From assembly GCA_035559235.1 (NCBI GenBank), contig DATMBM010000007.1, positions 9,475 through 73,474 on the forward strand: DNA of 64,000 nucleotides, written 5' to 3'. Under the pieces are notes generated by a model. The model was given only the letters and a program-made list of their open reading frames with translations. It did no database searches and had not been told where the DNA came from. Below are positions 26,871 through 36,532 of this stretch, one piece after another. The first letter of the stretch is position 1. The number at the start of each line of letters is the position of its first letter. This stretch comes from Minisyncoccota bacterium. GTDB taxonomy: Bacteria; Patescibacteriota; Minisyncoccia; Phycocordibacterales; UBA2100. Both the position numbers and the translations under genes were made by a program.

Positions 26871-28757
26871 ATGGGAAAAATAATCGGCATTGACCTTGGT
26901 ACGACGAATTCCGCAGTCGCAGTTGTGAAAGCGGGCGAGCCAACAATCATTGAAAACGCTGAAGGGGCGCGCACGACTCCCTCGATCGTGGCTGTTTCGA
27001 AAACGGGAGAACGACTGGTGGGATTATTGGCGAAGCGTCAAGCCGTGACGAATCCCAAAAACACGATTTACCAAATCAAGCGCTTCATCGGCCACAATTT
27101 CGACGAGCCGGCTGTGCAAAAAGACCGCGATGCCGTTCCCTATGAGATGCGCAAATCCGCAAACGGCGGCATCGAGGTCCAGATGGGAGATAAATGGTAC
27201 CGGCCGGAAGAAATTTCCGCGATGATTTTACAGAAGCTGAAGCAGGACGCCGAGGCGAGGCTTGGCGAGACGATCACCGAAGCCGTCATTACCGTGCCCG
27301 CGTACTTCAACGACTCGCAACGAGCCGCCACGAAGGATGCCGGAAAGATCGCGGGCCTCGACGTAAAGCGCATCATCAACGAACCGACCGCCGCCGCGCT
27401 TGCTTATGGCTTCAACAAGAAAAAGAACGAGAAAATCGTCGTCTTCGATTTCGGCGGAGGCACTTTCGACATTTCCGTTTTGGAAGTCGGGGATGACGTG
27501 ATCGAGGTCAGATCAACGGATGGGGATGCGCACTTGGGCGGCAAGGACGTGGATCAAAAGATCATGAACTGGATTGCCGAAGAATTCAAAAAGGAGAGCG
27601 GCATCGACGTGCGCAATGACGCGCTCGCGAGGCAGCGTCTCGATGAAGCGGCGGAAAAGGCAAAGATCGAACTCTCCACGGCGGTAGAGACCGAAATCAA
27701 TATACCGTTTATCACGTCGGACGCTTCCGGGCCGCGGCACCTGCTCGTCAAGATGTCGCGCGCGAAGCTCGAGGAACTTGCCGAAGAATATATCCGGCGC
27801 GCGATGGACATCACGAAGCGCGCGATGGACGCATCGCCGTTTAAGGTCGGCGAGATCAATGAGGTTATCCTTGTGGGCGGACAGACCCGGATGCCGGCGA
27901 TGCAACAGGCGGTTGAGAAATTCTTTGGAAAGAAGCCGCACATGGGGGTAAACCCGGACGAAGTCGTCGCGCTCGGCGCGGCAATCCAAGGGGGCATCAT
28001 GCAGGGTGATGTGAAAGACGTGCTTCTCCTCGACGTCATCCCGCTCTCTCTTGGTATCGAAACCTTGGGAGGCGTTGCGACAAAGCTGATTGAGCGCAAT
28101 ACGGCGATCCCGACCTCAAAATCGCAGGTATTTTCGACCGCCGCCGACAACCAGCCGTCGGTGGAAATCCATGTCGTCCAGGGTGAGCGCCCTATGGCGG
28201 GAGACAATAAATCACTTGGCCGGTTCAACCTTGATGGCATTCCACCGGCACCTCGCGGAGTTCCACAGATCGAAGTGACGTTTGACATCGACGCAAACGG
28301 TATTCTTTCGGTAAAGGCGAAGGACAAGACATCCGGTAAGGAACAATCCATCCGAATCGAACAGCGGAGCGGTTTGACGGACGCCGACATCGAAAGGATG
28401 CGCGCGGAAGCAGACGCAAATGCGGAAGCCGACAAGCAGAAGCGCGAACTCGCAGAGACGCAAAACGCGGCGGATCAGATCGTCTACGCTGCGGAAAAGG
28501 CGCTTAGGGAGCACGGAGATAAAGTATCCGAGGACATCAAGAAAAAAGTGCAGGAAAAGATAGATGCCCTGAAAGGAGCGCGCAACGGAACGGATAGTGC
28601 GGCCATCCGCTCTGCGTCTGAGGCTCTTTCGACGGCGCTCAGTGCAATCGGAGAGTCAATGTCCGTCTCGTCAGATGCGAATCGCGACGGGCGGAAGAAC
28701 CAGAACGAGGAGGGCGGTGCCGGCACGCAGCAAAATCCCAAAGGAGGAACCCAGTAG
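26871..28757 (+). CDS. dnaK: Chaperone DnaK
   Basis: [33 protein letters not shown]. Confidence 0.98.
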   Translation: MGKIIGIDLGTTNSAVAVVKAGEPTIIENAEGARTTPSIVAVSKTGERLVGLLAKRQAVTNPKNTIYQIKRFIGHNFDEPAVQKDRDAVPYEMRKSANGGIEVQMGDKWYRPEEISAMILQKLKQDAEARLGETITEAVITVPAYFNDSQRAATKDAGKIAGLDVKRIINEPTAAALAYGFNKKKNEKIVVFDFGGGTFDISVLEVGDDVIEVRSTDGDAHLGGKDVDQKIMNWIAEEFKKESGIDVRNDALARQRLDEAAEKAKIELSTAVETEINIPFITSDASGPRHLLVKMSRAKLEELAEEYIRRAMDITKRAMDASPFKVGEINEVILVGGQTRMPAMQQAVEKFFGKKPHMGVNPDEVVALGAAIQGGIMQGDVKDVLLLDVIPLSLGIETLGGVATKLIERNTAIPTSKSQVFSTAADNQPSVEIHVVQGERPMAGDNKSLGRFNLDGIPPAPRGVPQIEVTFDIDANGILSVKAKDKTSGKEQSIRIEQRSGLTDADIERMRAEADANAEADKQKRELAETQNAADQIVYAAEKALREHGDKVSEDIKKKVQEKIDALKGARNGTDSAAIRSASEALSTALSAIGESMSVSSDANRDGRKNQNEEGGAGTQQNPKGGTQ

Positions 28758-28759
28758 CC

Positions 28760-29581
28760 ATGGAGACGCTCACGCTCGACGGACGGCGTTTCCACTTCCT
28801 CGGCGAACAGCGCGGCGGCGCACGGGTATACCGTGGGGAGGACGCGTACTTGCGAATCGGCCCGTATGAGGCAATAGAGCGCGACCTCGGGCTCCATCGC
28901 GCAATGGAGAAGGCGAAGTACCCGGTCGCGAAGATTATCGATGATGGAGAACTGTACGAGCAACGGTACTTTATCGAAAGCGCTGTCGGCGACCGTTCGT
29001 TTCGCGCGATCTTTCAGGACGACAGCGACTCGGCGCATGGCGTAACTGACGATCATTTTCGCGAATTTCTTGAATTGATGAAAAAACTGTATACGGCTCA
29101 AAAAAGGGCCGCTAAGGGCGCGTGGGATACGGACGAATTCGCGGCAGGTATCCGTCTGCCGGAATTATGCCGCGAACTACCGGTTCATGCGCCGGCAATA
29201 CGGGCTCGTTTTGAGAAGGCGATTTCACGCATTGCGGCGCTTCCGCGGACGATCACGCACGGCGACTGCAACCCCGCGAACATGTACCACGGCGGGATCA
29301 TCGATCTGGAGGATTCGTTTTACGGTCCGCTCGGATACGATGTCGTCTCAGCGCTCATGACAATCGAGTGGTCGCCTGAATTGCGCTCGTACGAGTTTTA
29401 CGCGCAATACCGGTTTACGGAAAAGCAAACGCAGAAATACAAGGCCGCGTTCCGGGGGATTGCGCCTCACTTTGATGATTTCGCGTTTTGTCGTGCTGTA
29501 TGGCTCTGCTCAGGCATGCGCAAATGGCCGCGCATCCAACAGTGGCGGTTTGAAAAGTTTATTCATGAATATCTGTCGTAA
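28760..29581 (+). CDS. APH/choline-kinase-like phosphotransferase
   Basis: THGDCNPAN and IIDLED catalytic motifs. Confidence 0.75.
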   Translation: METLTLDGRRFHFLGEQRGGARVYRGEDAYLRIGPYEAIERDLGLHRAMEKAKYPVAKIIDDGELYEQRYFIESAVGDRSFRAIFQDDSDSAHGVTDDHFREFLELMKKLYTAQKRAAKGAWDTDEFAAGIRLPELCRELPVHAPAIRARFEKAISRIAALPRTITHGDCNPANMYHGGIIDLEDSFYGPLGYDVVSALMTIEWSPELRSYEFYAQYRFTEKQTQKYKAAFRGIAPHFDDFAFCRAVWLCSGMRKWPRIQQWRFEKFIHEYLS

Positions 29582-29622
29582 TCTTGCGCGCGAGGTCCAT
29601 GGAGATATAATGATGCGGAGTT

Positions 29623-30702
29623 ATGAAAGACTACTATCAGATTCTGGGCGTCACCAGAGATGCGAGCGAGGAGGATATCAAGAAGGCGTTCCGTTCCCTC
29701 GCGCATAAGTACCATCCGGACAAGAAAGGCGGTGACGAGCAAAAATTCAAGGAGGTGAGCGAGGCGTATGCGGTGCTTTCAGATAAGAAAAAGCGCGCTC
29801 AATATGACCAATTCGGAGCATATGCCGCTGGCGCCGAAGCGCAGGGCGGGTTCGGTGGGTTTGATTTTTCCGACTTCGCGCGCAATTTTCAAGGCTTCGA
29901 AGGGTTTAACGCCCAGGGCGGAATCGAATTCGACCTCGGCGACATTTTCGGTGACTTTTTCGGCGGATCGCGTCGCAACCGGCGCGGGCGCGACATTTCG
30001 ATGGATGTCGAGATTCCGTTTCGCGATGCGGTCTTCGGCACAGAGCGACGCGTGCTCATTTCAAAAATAGGCCTCTGTGATACCTGCGGCGGAAGCGGCG
30101 CGAAGAAGGGGAGCGGTACCGTAACGTGCACGACATGTAACGGCAAAGGGCAGATCCATGAGACCCGCAATACGTTCTTTGGTACCGTCTCAACCGCACG
30201 CACGTGCCCAACCTGCAAGGGGCGAGGCGAAGTCCCAAAGGAAGCATGCGAAACCTGCCATGGGGAAGGCGTGCTCAGGAAGCAAGAGGAAGTTCATGTC
30301 GTCATCCCTGCGGGAATCGAAGATGGCGAGATGATCCGTATGCCGGGAAGAGGAGAGGCGCTTGTCGGCGCTGCGGCGGGTGATCTGTACGTGAAAGTAC
30401 ACGTCAAGCCGGATAAGCTTTTCTCGCGCGATGGAAACAATTTGGTGACTGCCCTTACCGTCAAGCTTTCCGACGCATTGCTTGGTGCCGAATATCGAAT
30501 ACAAACGCTCGACGGTGAAATGACGCTCTCAATCCCGCAGGGCGTGAAGCAGGGCGAATTTATCCGTTTGCGCGGCCGCGGTGTGCCTTCTGCGCGCGGT
30601 AATCGCGGAGATCTTTTTGTGCGGATCGACATCGAATTTCCGAAAAAACTTTCGCGTGCGGCGAAAGAGGCTGTTGAAAAGCTCCGCAAGGAAGGTATTT
30701 AG
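29623..30702 (+). CDS. dnaJ: Chaperone DnaJ
   Basis: HPD J-domain, G/F region, four CxxCxGxG repeats. Confidence 0.97.
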   Translation: MKDYYQILGVTRDASEEDIKKAFRSLAHKYHPDKKGGDEQKFKEVSEAYAVLSDKKKRAQYDQFGAYAAGAEAQGGFGGFDFSDFARNFQGFEGFNAQGGIEFDLGDIFGDFFGGSRRNRRGRDISMDVEIPFRDAVFGTERRVLISKIGLCDTCGGSGAKKGSGTVTCTTCNGKGQIHETRNTFFGTVSTARTCPTCKGRGEVPKEACETCHGEGVLRKQEEVHVVIPAGIEDGEMIRMPGRGEALVGAAAGDLYVKVHVKPDKLFSRDGNNLVTALTVKLSDALLGAEYRIQTLDGEMTLSIPQGVKQGEFIRLRGRGVPSARGNRGDLFVRIDIEFPKKLSRAAKEAVEKLRKEGI

Positions 30703-30719
30703 GCGGTACAATTATCCGG

Positions 30720-31205
30720 ATGGAAGCATTGTCCGGTGTGTTTGACGCGGTCCCGATTGATTGGCTGGTCCTCGGAGGTATCACGGTCGTGGTTGCGCTC
30801 GACGTGCTGCGAGCCGGTCTTGGCCGCGCGATTGCGATCTCAATTGCACTTCCGCTTGCGGCATTCCTTTTCACGCTGGTGGACGAGACGGTCGTTTTGG
30901 GGTCTCTCGATGCGCTGAGCGGTGCGACTGCCCAAGCGGGTCTTTTCGCCGTTTTGGCGGTCGCACTGTTTTTCCTCGTCAGCCGCATGGGCCTCGATTA
31001 CGTCGACGGCGGGATGGGAGAGCCTGTGCAGGCGCTTCTCGCCGGCGGCGCCACTGCAGCTATCTTTGCAAGCATTTGGCTGCAGATGCCCATTTTGAGC
31101 GAATGGTGGTCATTGAGCGACCAAGTGCAGGCCATTTTCGCACCAGCATTCCGTTTTTGGTGGATCGTCGGTTCCTACGCCGCCCTCGCGTTTGCGCGGG
31201 GGTAG
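30720..31205 (+). CDS. Hypothetical membrane protein (about 5 TM)
   Basis: Hydrophobic ORF, TACAAT 7 nt upstream. Confidence 0.7.
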   Translation: MEALSGVFDAVPIDWLVLGGITVVVALDVLRAGLGRAIAISIALPLAAFLFTLVDETVVLGSLDALSGATAQAGLFAVLAVALFFLVSRMGLDYVDGGMGEPVQALLAGGATAAIFASIWLQMPILSEWWSLSDQVQAIFAPAFRFWWIVGSYAALAFARG

Positions 31206-31302
31206 TGCTCTTGTAACTTGTATGAGGTCTCGGTATATTTTCGCAGGGTGGATCCACCGCCCGGGAACGTCTCACTCCGAAAGTTGAGATGAGGTATAGG
31301 AC

Positions 31303-32019
31303 ATGCTGACTCCCGAAGAATTTGTCCTTGCACTTCTTGCGGTCACCGAACAGGTCTCGACCACCGTGCTCGGCATCAGTCCGTTGCAGCTTGGTATCGC
31401 TGCCGGTACGCTGCAGATATTGGGCTATGCGCTCTATATCTACCAAAGCAATCGAAGAGAACTCGAGCCGAATCCCGCAGCATGGCTCATGTTTGCGTAC
31501 GGTACCGCGCTCCTAACTGCTCTGGAGCTCGACCTAGATGCAGAGTTGCATCTCCTAATTCTTCCCGCAGTGTGTTCGCTACTGAGCGTCTACGTTGCAC
31601 TTCTTTGTTGGAAGCGGGGCACCTTAACGTGGCCAGAGGATACTGCGGATCGACTAGCGTTCATCGCAGATATCATTCTAACGATTGCATATATTGGTGC
31701 CTGGGCTTTGAGGGCGCAAGGATCAATCAGTGAAGAGGCGCGAGAGTTCGCTACGTTTGCGTTTCTGCTCTGTTCAAACGCAACCACGTTTACTGCGTTT
31801 TCTCCGCTGCTTCGTGATGCGTATCTGCATCCAAATCGCGAGCGATCGCTCGCGTGGACGATTTGGACTTTGGCGTACGTGACGCTTGGGGTAGCAACGG
31901 TGTGGGAACACGGTTGGCATTCAGTGCTACTTGTATATCCGATTTCGAACGCAGTGCTTCATTTCTCGGTTGCTTGGCTCGCGCGGCCACATCGCCGACG
32001 ACACTACAGCGCAGTGTAA
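31303..32019 (+). CDS. Hypothetical multi-pass membrane protein (two internal repeats, PQ-loop-like)
   Basis: GYALYI...PNPAAW and FSPLLR..HP.RE...AW repeats. Confidence 0.6.
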   Translation: MLTPEEFVLALLAVTEQVSTTVLGISPLQLGIAAGTLQILGYALYIYQSNRRELEPNPAAWLMFAYGTALLTALELDLDAELHLLILPAVCSLLSVYVALLCWKRGTLTWPEDTADRLAFIADIILTIAYIGAWALRAQGSISEEAREFATFAFLLCSNATTFTAFSPLLRDAYLHPNRERSLAWTIWTLAYVTLGVATVWEHGWHSVLLVYPISNAVLHFSVAWLARPHRRRHYSAV

Positions 32020-32023
32020 ACAT

Positions 32024-32053
32024 GGGTCGTGGCTCTTCCCAGTGCCGCGACCC
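32024..32053 (+). terminator. Hairpin after membrane protein gene
   Basis: GGGTCGTGGC-10nt-GCCGCGACCC, weak T tail. Confidence 0.45.
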
Positions 32054-32107
32054 TTACTGTTGTCCTAAAGATGAAATTTTTGTAAACTCTGTAAGGTATT
32101 TACCTTT

Positions 32108-32623
32108 ATGAAGAAAATACGCGTTGATACAAGTCGGATAGACGGCAGAGGGATTTTTGCTGACGAATTCGTTAACAAGGGAGAAAAGATACAGTACATA
32201 AAGGGGAAGAAAGTGAAGAAAGTGATTCGAAACGTTCAAGACTCAAAGGAGATCGCGCATTGGATTGGGGTGGGGAAATTTTTATGGATCAATACCGAAG
32301 GGACGCCGTTTGAATTCTTAAATCACTCTTGCGAACCAAATGCGGCGATCATTGGAACCAAAACGCTTGTCGCAATTAAAAATATCGCCAAGGATGAAGA
32401 AATAACCATTGATTACTCAATGACAGATGCAGATCCGTACTGGAGCATCGAATGTACATGTGGTGCAGAAAATTGTCGCAAGATAATCCAGGCAGTTTAC
32501 TCGGTCCCCGAGGAGGTCTTTTTGAAACATATGCCGCATATCCCGCGGTATTTCCAAAGAGCCTACATCCGTAAACATATCCACGACCGTGCGCGCCTCT
32601 ATAAGAGTGCGGCGAAAAAATAA
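32108..32623 (+). CDS. SET-domain protein lysine methyltransferase with post-SET Zn motif
   Basis: GRGIFA, NHSCEPN, EEITIDY, CTCGAENCR. Confidence 0.92.
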   Translation: MKKIRVDTSRIDGRGIFADEFVNKGEKIQYIKGKKVKKVIRNVQDSKEIAHWIGVGKFLWINTEGTPFEFLNHSCEPNAAIIGTKTLVAIKNIAKDEEITIDYSMTDADPYWSIECTCGAENCRKIIQAVYSVPEEVFLKHMPHIPRYFQRAYIRKHIHDRARLYKSAAKK

Positions 32624-32638
32624 TGTTACGATGCATCC

Positions 32639-34441
32639 ATGCGGGGACTTTCCGCCCACAGGTTTGCATATATCACGGTCGCAATTATAGCACTCTCCGT
32701 CCTGGCACTTGGTGCACGGTATCTCGTGTTTAGCGACTATGTGGTTATCGTCGAAGAAGGTACTACCGATGCCCGCTCCGCAAAAATGATGATGGCGGAA
32801 GATGCCCTTGTCTGTGAGTGGGACTACACGCCGATTTTTTTTCTCGTTTCAGACAACGTTTTTTCGCCGCTCATTTATTATTCCCACATCTTTCCAATCG
32901 TAGGGGGAGCAATCCTTGCGTTCCTCATCTGGAGGCAGCGTGGAGCCGAACTACTGAATCGACTGTTCGTCGCCCTCTCAGTTTTTTTTATCACATGGTG
33001 CATATTCGATTTGATTCTTTGGGCACACGCGAATCCTGATTACATAATGTTCTTTTGGTCAGCGCAAATTTATCTCGATGTGCTGATTTATCTGTTTGCC
33101 GTGTATTTATTCTATGTATTTTCGTTCAAAAAAGATCTTTCCGATCGTTCCAAGCTTTTTGGGCTGGCGATTTTGTTGCCCGTAATTGCGTTGGCACCCA
33201 CAGAATTGACGCTAACCGCATTCGATTACACGAACTGCGATCGGGAAGCGCTCGAGGGACCGCTTTGGTATTACGCGTACATCATTGAATTGTTCCTGAC
33301 TGGGGTCCTCATTGCTCTCGCGGTGCGGGCTTACGTGAACGAAAAATCACACGGACGGCGAGTGCAAACGACATTGCTAGCTACCGGTCTTGCACTCTTT
33401 TTGCTCGCTTTTTCGTGGGGCAATATTGTCGGGAGTCTTTCTGAAGATTGGTCGCTTGCGCAATACGGCTTGTTTGGGATGCCAGTATTTCTCGCAATCG
33501 TGACATATTTGATCGTTCAGTTTCAGGTTTTTCGTGTTAAGGTGATTGCAACATCAGCACTGGTGACCGCTCTCTGGGTACTTTTATTCTCTGTACTGCT
33601 TTTCGAAAGTATTCAGGCTGCGCGCTCGGTCATCGTTTTGACGCTCCTCTTCTTTGCGATTATGGGTTTTCTGTTGGTGCGAAGTGTCCGCCGAGAAATT
33701 GAGCAGCGGGAACTCATCGAACGCCAGGAAAAGGAACTCGAAATTGCGAATCGCCAACAGGAGAGTCTTCTCCACTTCATCAGCCACGAAGTGAAGGGCT
33801 ACCTGACTGACGGGCAGAATGCCTTTGCCGCCATCATTGAGGGCGATTTGGGAGCGACACCGCCGAAAATGAGGGAAGTGTCGCAGCAGGCGCTCGTTAA
33901 GATGCGGCAAGGTGTCCGCACGGTTATGGAGATTCTTGATGCGTCGAACCTGAAGCTAGGCACGGTTTCGTACAAAAAGCAGCCGTTTGATTTCAAATCA
34001 GCGGTAGAGGAAGCGGTGGAACACTTGCGACCGCGTGCGGCGGAAAAGCAGCTCCAGCTCGATCTTTCGATTGATGCGACAAAAAAGTATTCGCTGGTCG
34101 GGGACAAAGAAAAGATTACGCAACACGTCGTGCGCAATCTTATCGACAATGCAATCCGCTATACGCCGAAGGGAAACATTCACGTAACGTTGGTGCGCAC
34201 CGACCGTGCAGTCCGGATGTCGGTGAAGGATACTGGCGTCGGCATTACCGACGAGGACAAGAAGCGGCTGTTTACGCAAGGCGGACACGGAAAGGAGTCA
34301 ATCAAGGTCAATGTCGACTCGACCGGTTACGGCCTCTTTGTCGCAAAACAGGTTGTAGAAGCGCATGGCGGCTCCATCCGTGCCGAAAGTGCCGGGGCGG
34401 GGAAGGGGTCCGAGTTTATCGTCGAGTTGCCGGTTACTTGA
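32639..34441 (+). CDS. Orphan 7TM-type sensor histidine kinase
   Basis: Multi-TM N-terminus; SHEVK H-box, NLIDNAIRY, DTGVG, GYGL, GSEF. Confidence 0.9.
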   Translation: MRGLSAHRFAYITVAIIALSVLALGARYLVFSDYVVIVEEGTTDARSAKMMMAEDALVCEWDYTPIFFLVSDNVFSPLIYYSHIFPIVGGAILAFLIWRQRGAELLNRLFVALSVFFITWCIFDLILWAHANPDYIMFFWSAQIYLDVLIYLFAVYLFYVFSFKKDLSDRSKLFGLAILLPVIALAPTELTLTAFDYTNCDREALEGPLWYYAYIIELFLTGVLIALAVRAYVNEKSHGRRVQTTLLATGLALFLLAFSWGNIVGSLSEDWSLAQYGLFGMPVFLAIVTYLIVQFQVFRVKVIATSALVTALWVLLFSVLLFESIQAARSVIVLTLLFFAIMGFLLVRSVRREIEQRELIERQEKELEIANRQQESLLHFISHEVKGYLTDGQNAFAAIIEGDLGATPPKMREVSQQALVKMRQGVRTVMEILDASNLKLGTVSYKKQPFDFKSAVEEAVEHLRPRAAEKQLQLDLSIDATKKYSLVGDKEKITQHVVRNLIDNAIRYTPKGNIHVTLVRTDRAVRMSVKDTGVGITDEDKKRLFTQGGHGKESIKVNVDSTGYGLFVAKQVVEAHGGSIRAESAGAGKGSEFIVELPVT

Positions 34442-36200
34442 CGGTCACGCTCTTTGCGATATTGCGCGGCTTGTCGATGTTGTTGCCGCGTGCTTTTGCC
34501 ATGTAGTAGGCGAGGAGCTGTAGCGGGATAATATTCATAATCGCGGCAGTCTCCTTCGTGTCTGGCACTTTGACCCAATCGGTGAATTGGCCGGAATTGG
34601 CGGGCGAGACGCCGATGACCTTTGCGCCGCGAGCCCGTACCTCATGAATCGCGTTCAGAACATCGGCTTGCAGTGAATCGTTCGATACGACTGCAATGAC
34701 CGGCGTACCTTCCTCCATCAGGGTGATCGCATAATGCTTCAAGTCACCCGCGGGGATGCCGTGCGCATGGACGTAAGATCCCTCGATGATTTTCACCATG
34801 CCCTCCTTAATGATCTGCATATTTTGACCCTTGCCAAGCAGGTACAAGTCATCCTTTTTAGCCATACGACGAGCGAGCTCTTGCAGGATCCTGATCGTCG
34901 ATTCGTCACCTAAGTATTTCTCGACAGCGCTTGCGAGCGATTTTATGTTCTTTTTGCCGTCGGTTAACTTTCCTCCAACCGCTTTCGCCACGAGGTACCC
35001 CCACGCAATCTGCGAAGTAAAGATTTTCGTCGACATGACGCAGATTTCAGGTCCGGCTTGCGCCATAAATTTGAAATCCGACATACGGGTCATCATGCTA
35101 CCGGGCATGTTTACGTGACTCGCTATCCTCGCGCCCTTCTTTTTTGCGATTTCCAATACCTCAAGAACGTCCGCGGTCTCACCGCTTTGCGACGGTGCTA
35201 TCAGCAGATCACCCTTTTTGAACAATTGATAATAATCTGACGCCTCGGCCCCAATGAGCGCAGTGGCGCTTACACCGCCGTAGACGCGGAGATAATAGGC
35301 GATCTGCGCGGCAGCGGCGCCGGCCGTGCCCGAACCGATCGTATAAACGCTTTTCGCTCCTCGGATAGCGCGCGCCAACGCAAGAATGCTCCCATCTTTT
35401 TCCTTTAGCAGCTGACGAATGACAAACGGCGAGTCGTGAATTTCCTTAAGCATATAATGCTCGTACGCGCCCTTGTCGACTTCCGCCCCGACGATCGCGT
35501 TTTTTTCAAATTTTGGGGCAATGGTGCGACCTTTCGTGATATCCGTGACCTTTACGCCGCTTCTGTTTTTTGTGACCATTTGGCCGTTTTCCATTACAAG
35601 CACGCTCGTGACATACGGGGCGAACGACAGCACATCAGACGAAAAATACAGTTCGGTGTCATCCTTCGAGCCGAGGACGAGCGGGGAGCCATTTCGCGCA
35701 GCAATGACTTCGCCGTCTCGCGCAAGGACAATAATCGTATTGCGACCATGCAGTTCCTTGAACGCAGCTCGTACCGCTTCGGTGAGCGTCTTTGTTTTCG
35801 CGCGTTTGTCTTCAATAAGACGGACGATTACTTCGGTGTCGGTCTCGGATTTAAATGCGTATCCCTTTTTCATAAGCGCTGATTTCAACACATCGGCGTT
35901 TTCCACGATACCGTTGTGCGCAAGGACAAACGATCTGTCCGACGCGTAGTGCGGATGCGCGTTGGTTTCGTTTACTTTGCCGTGCGTCGCCCAGCGCGTG
36001 TGTCCAATCGCGATATTTCCGCGGATTGAAAGCGGCTCTTTCGCAACTTCACCAACTCGTTTTTCAACGTCGATTCCGTGACCGTTGAGGACCGCCACAC
36101 CCCAGCTGTCATATCCTCGATAATCCAATCGACGAAGGCCTTCTAATACCGCGTCCGCTGCCTCGCGTCGAGTACCCACGTACCCAAAAATGCCACACAT
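34434..36200 (-). CDS. glmS: Glutamine--fructose-6-phosphate aminotransferase
   Basis: Starts MCGIFG; GHTRWATHG, HNG, SQSGET, PRNIAKSVT. Confidence 0.97.
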   Translation of the reverse strand: MCGIFGYVGTRREAADAVLEGLRRLDYRGYDSWGVAVLNGHGIDVEKRVGEVAKEPLSIRGNIAIGHTRWATHGKVNETNAHPHYASDRSFVLAHNGIVENADVLKSALMKKGYAFKSETDTEVIVRLIEDKRAKTKTLTEAVRAAFKELHGRNTIIVLARDGEVIAARNGSPLVLGSKDDTELYFSSDVLSFAPYVTSVLVMENGQMVTKNRSGVKVTDITKGRTIAPKFEKNAIVGAEVDKGAYEHYMLKEIHDSPFVIRQLLKEKDGSILALARAIRGAKSVYTIGSGTAGAAAAQIAYYLRVYGGVSATALIGAEASDYYQLFKKGDLLIAPSQSGETADVLEVLEIAKKKGARIASHVNMPGSMMTRMSDFKFMAQAGPEICVMSTKIFTSQIAWGYLVAKAVGGKLTDGKKNIKSLASAVEKYLGDESTIRILQELARRMAKKDDLYLLGKGQNMQIIKEGMVKIIEGSYVHAHGIPAGDLKHYAITLMEEGTPVIAVVSNDSLQADVLNAIHEVRARGAKVIGVSPANSGQFTDWVKVPDTKETAAIMNIIPLQLLAYYMAKARGNNIDKPRNIAKSVTVK

Positions 36201-36246
36201 ATATGTTTGTGCGTTATTGCGGCCGTAGCCGCTCGATAATGCGAGA

Positions 36247-36433
36247 CGTCCCATTGTCGCCACTTTGTACGCCGCGTTACCGCAGCGCTTTCTGACGACA
36301 TTTCAGCAGGGAACACTGCTGGAAGGTTTCCGCTGATACTTGGCTCGGCGCGTGCGCCGGCCAGTCCGATCGTCTGCCTCGCGGCAGACCCCTCTCCTCG
36401 TTATCCCGTTTAAATGGCGGGATCCATACGCTT
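36247..36433 (-). ncRNA. glmS ribozyme (GlcN6P-activated), variant with core insertions
   Basis: A^GCG site, P1, ACGAGG, AUCG, CAGCGG, P2 GAGGG/CCUUC, P3, P3.1 pseudoknot, P4 UGUCGUCA/UGGCGACA, P4.1 with GUAA loop; directly upstream of glmS. Confidence 0.85.
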
Positions 36434-36467
36434 GTTTCCGATAAGTCTCGAAAGAACACCCTCTGAG

Positions 36468-36496
36468 AGAATATAGCCGCTTTTAAATGTGCGCAA
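36468..36496 (-). promoter_or_regulatory. sigma70 promoter of the glmS leader
   Basis: TTGCGC-17nt-TATTCT. Confidence 0.55.
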
Positions 36497-36532
36497 GATG
36501 AATCCGTGCGCGTTTTCTGCTAATATGCCGTA

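Noticed and set aside
36277-36459. 60-aa ORF upstream of glmS and the 21-aa N-terminal extension of GlmS
   Set aside because: The ORF overlaps the ribozyme; GlmS needs Cys at position 2, so the start is 36200
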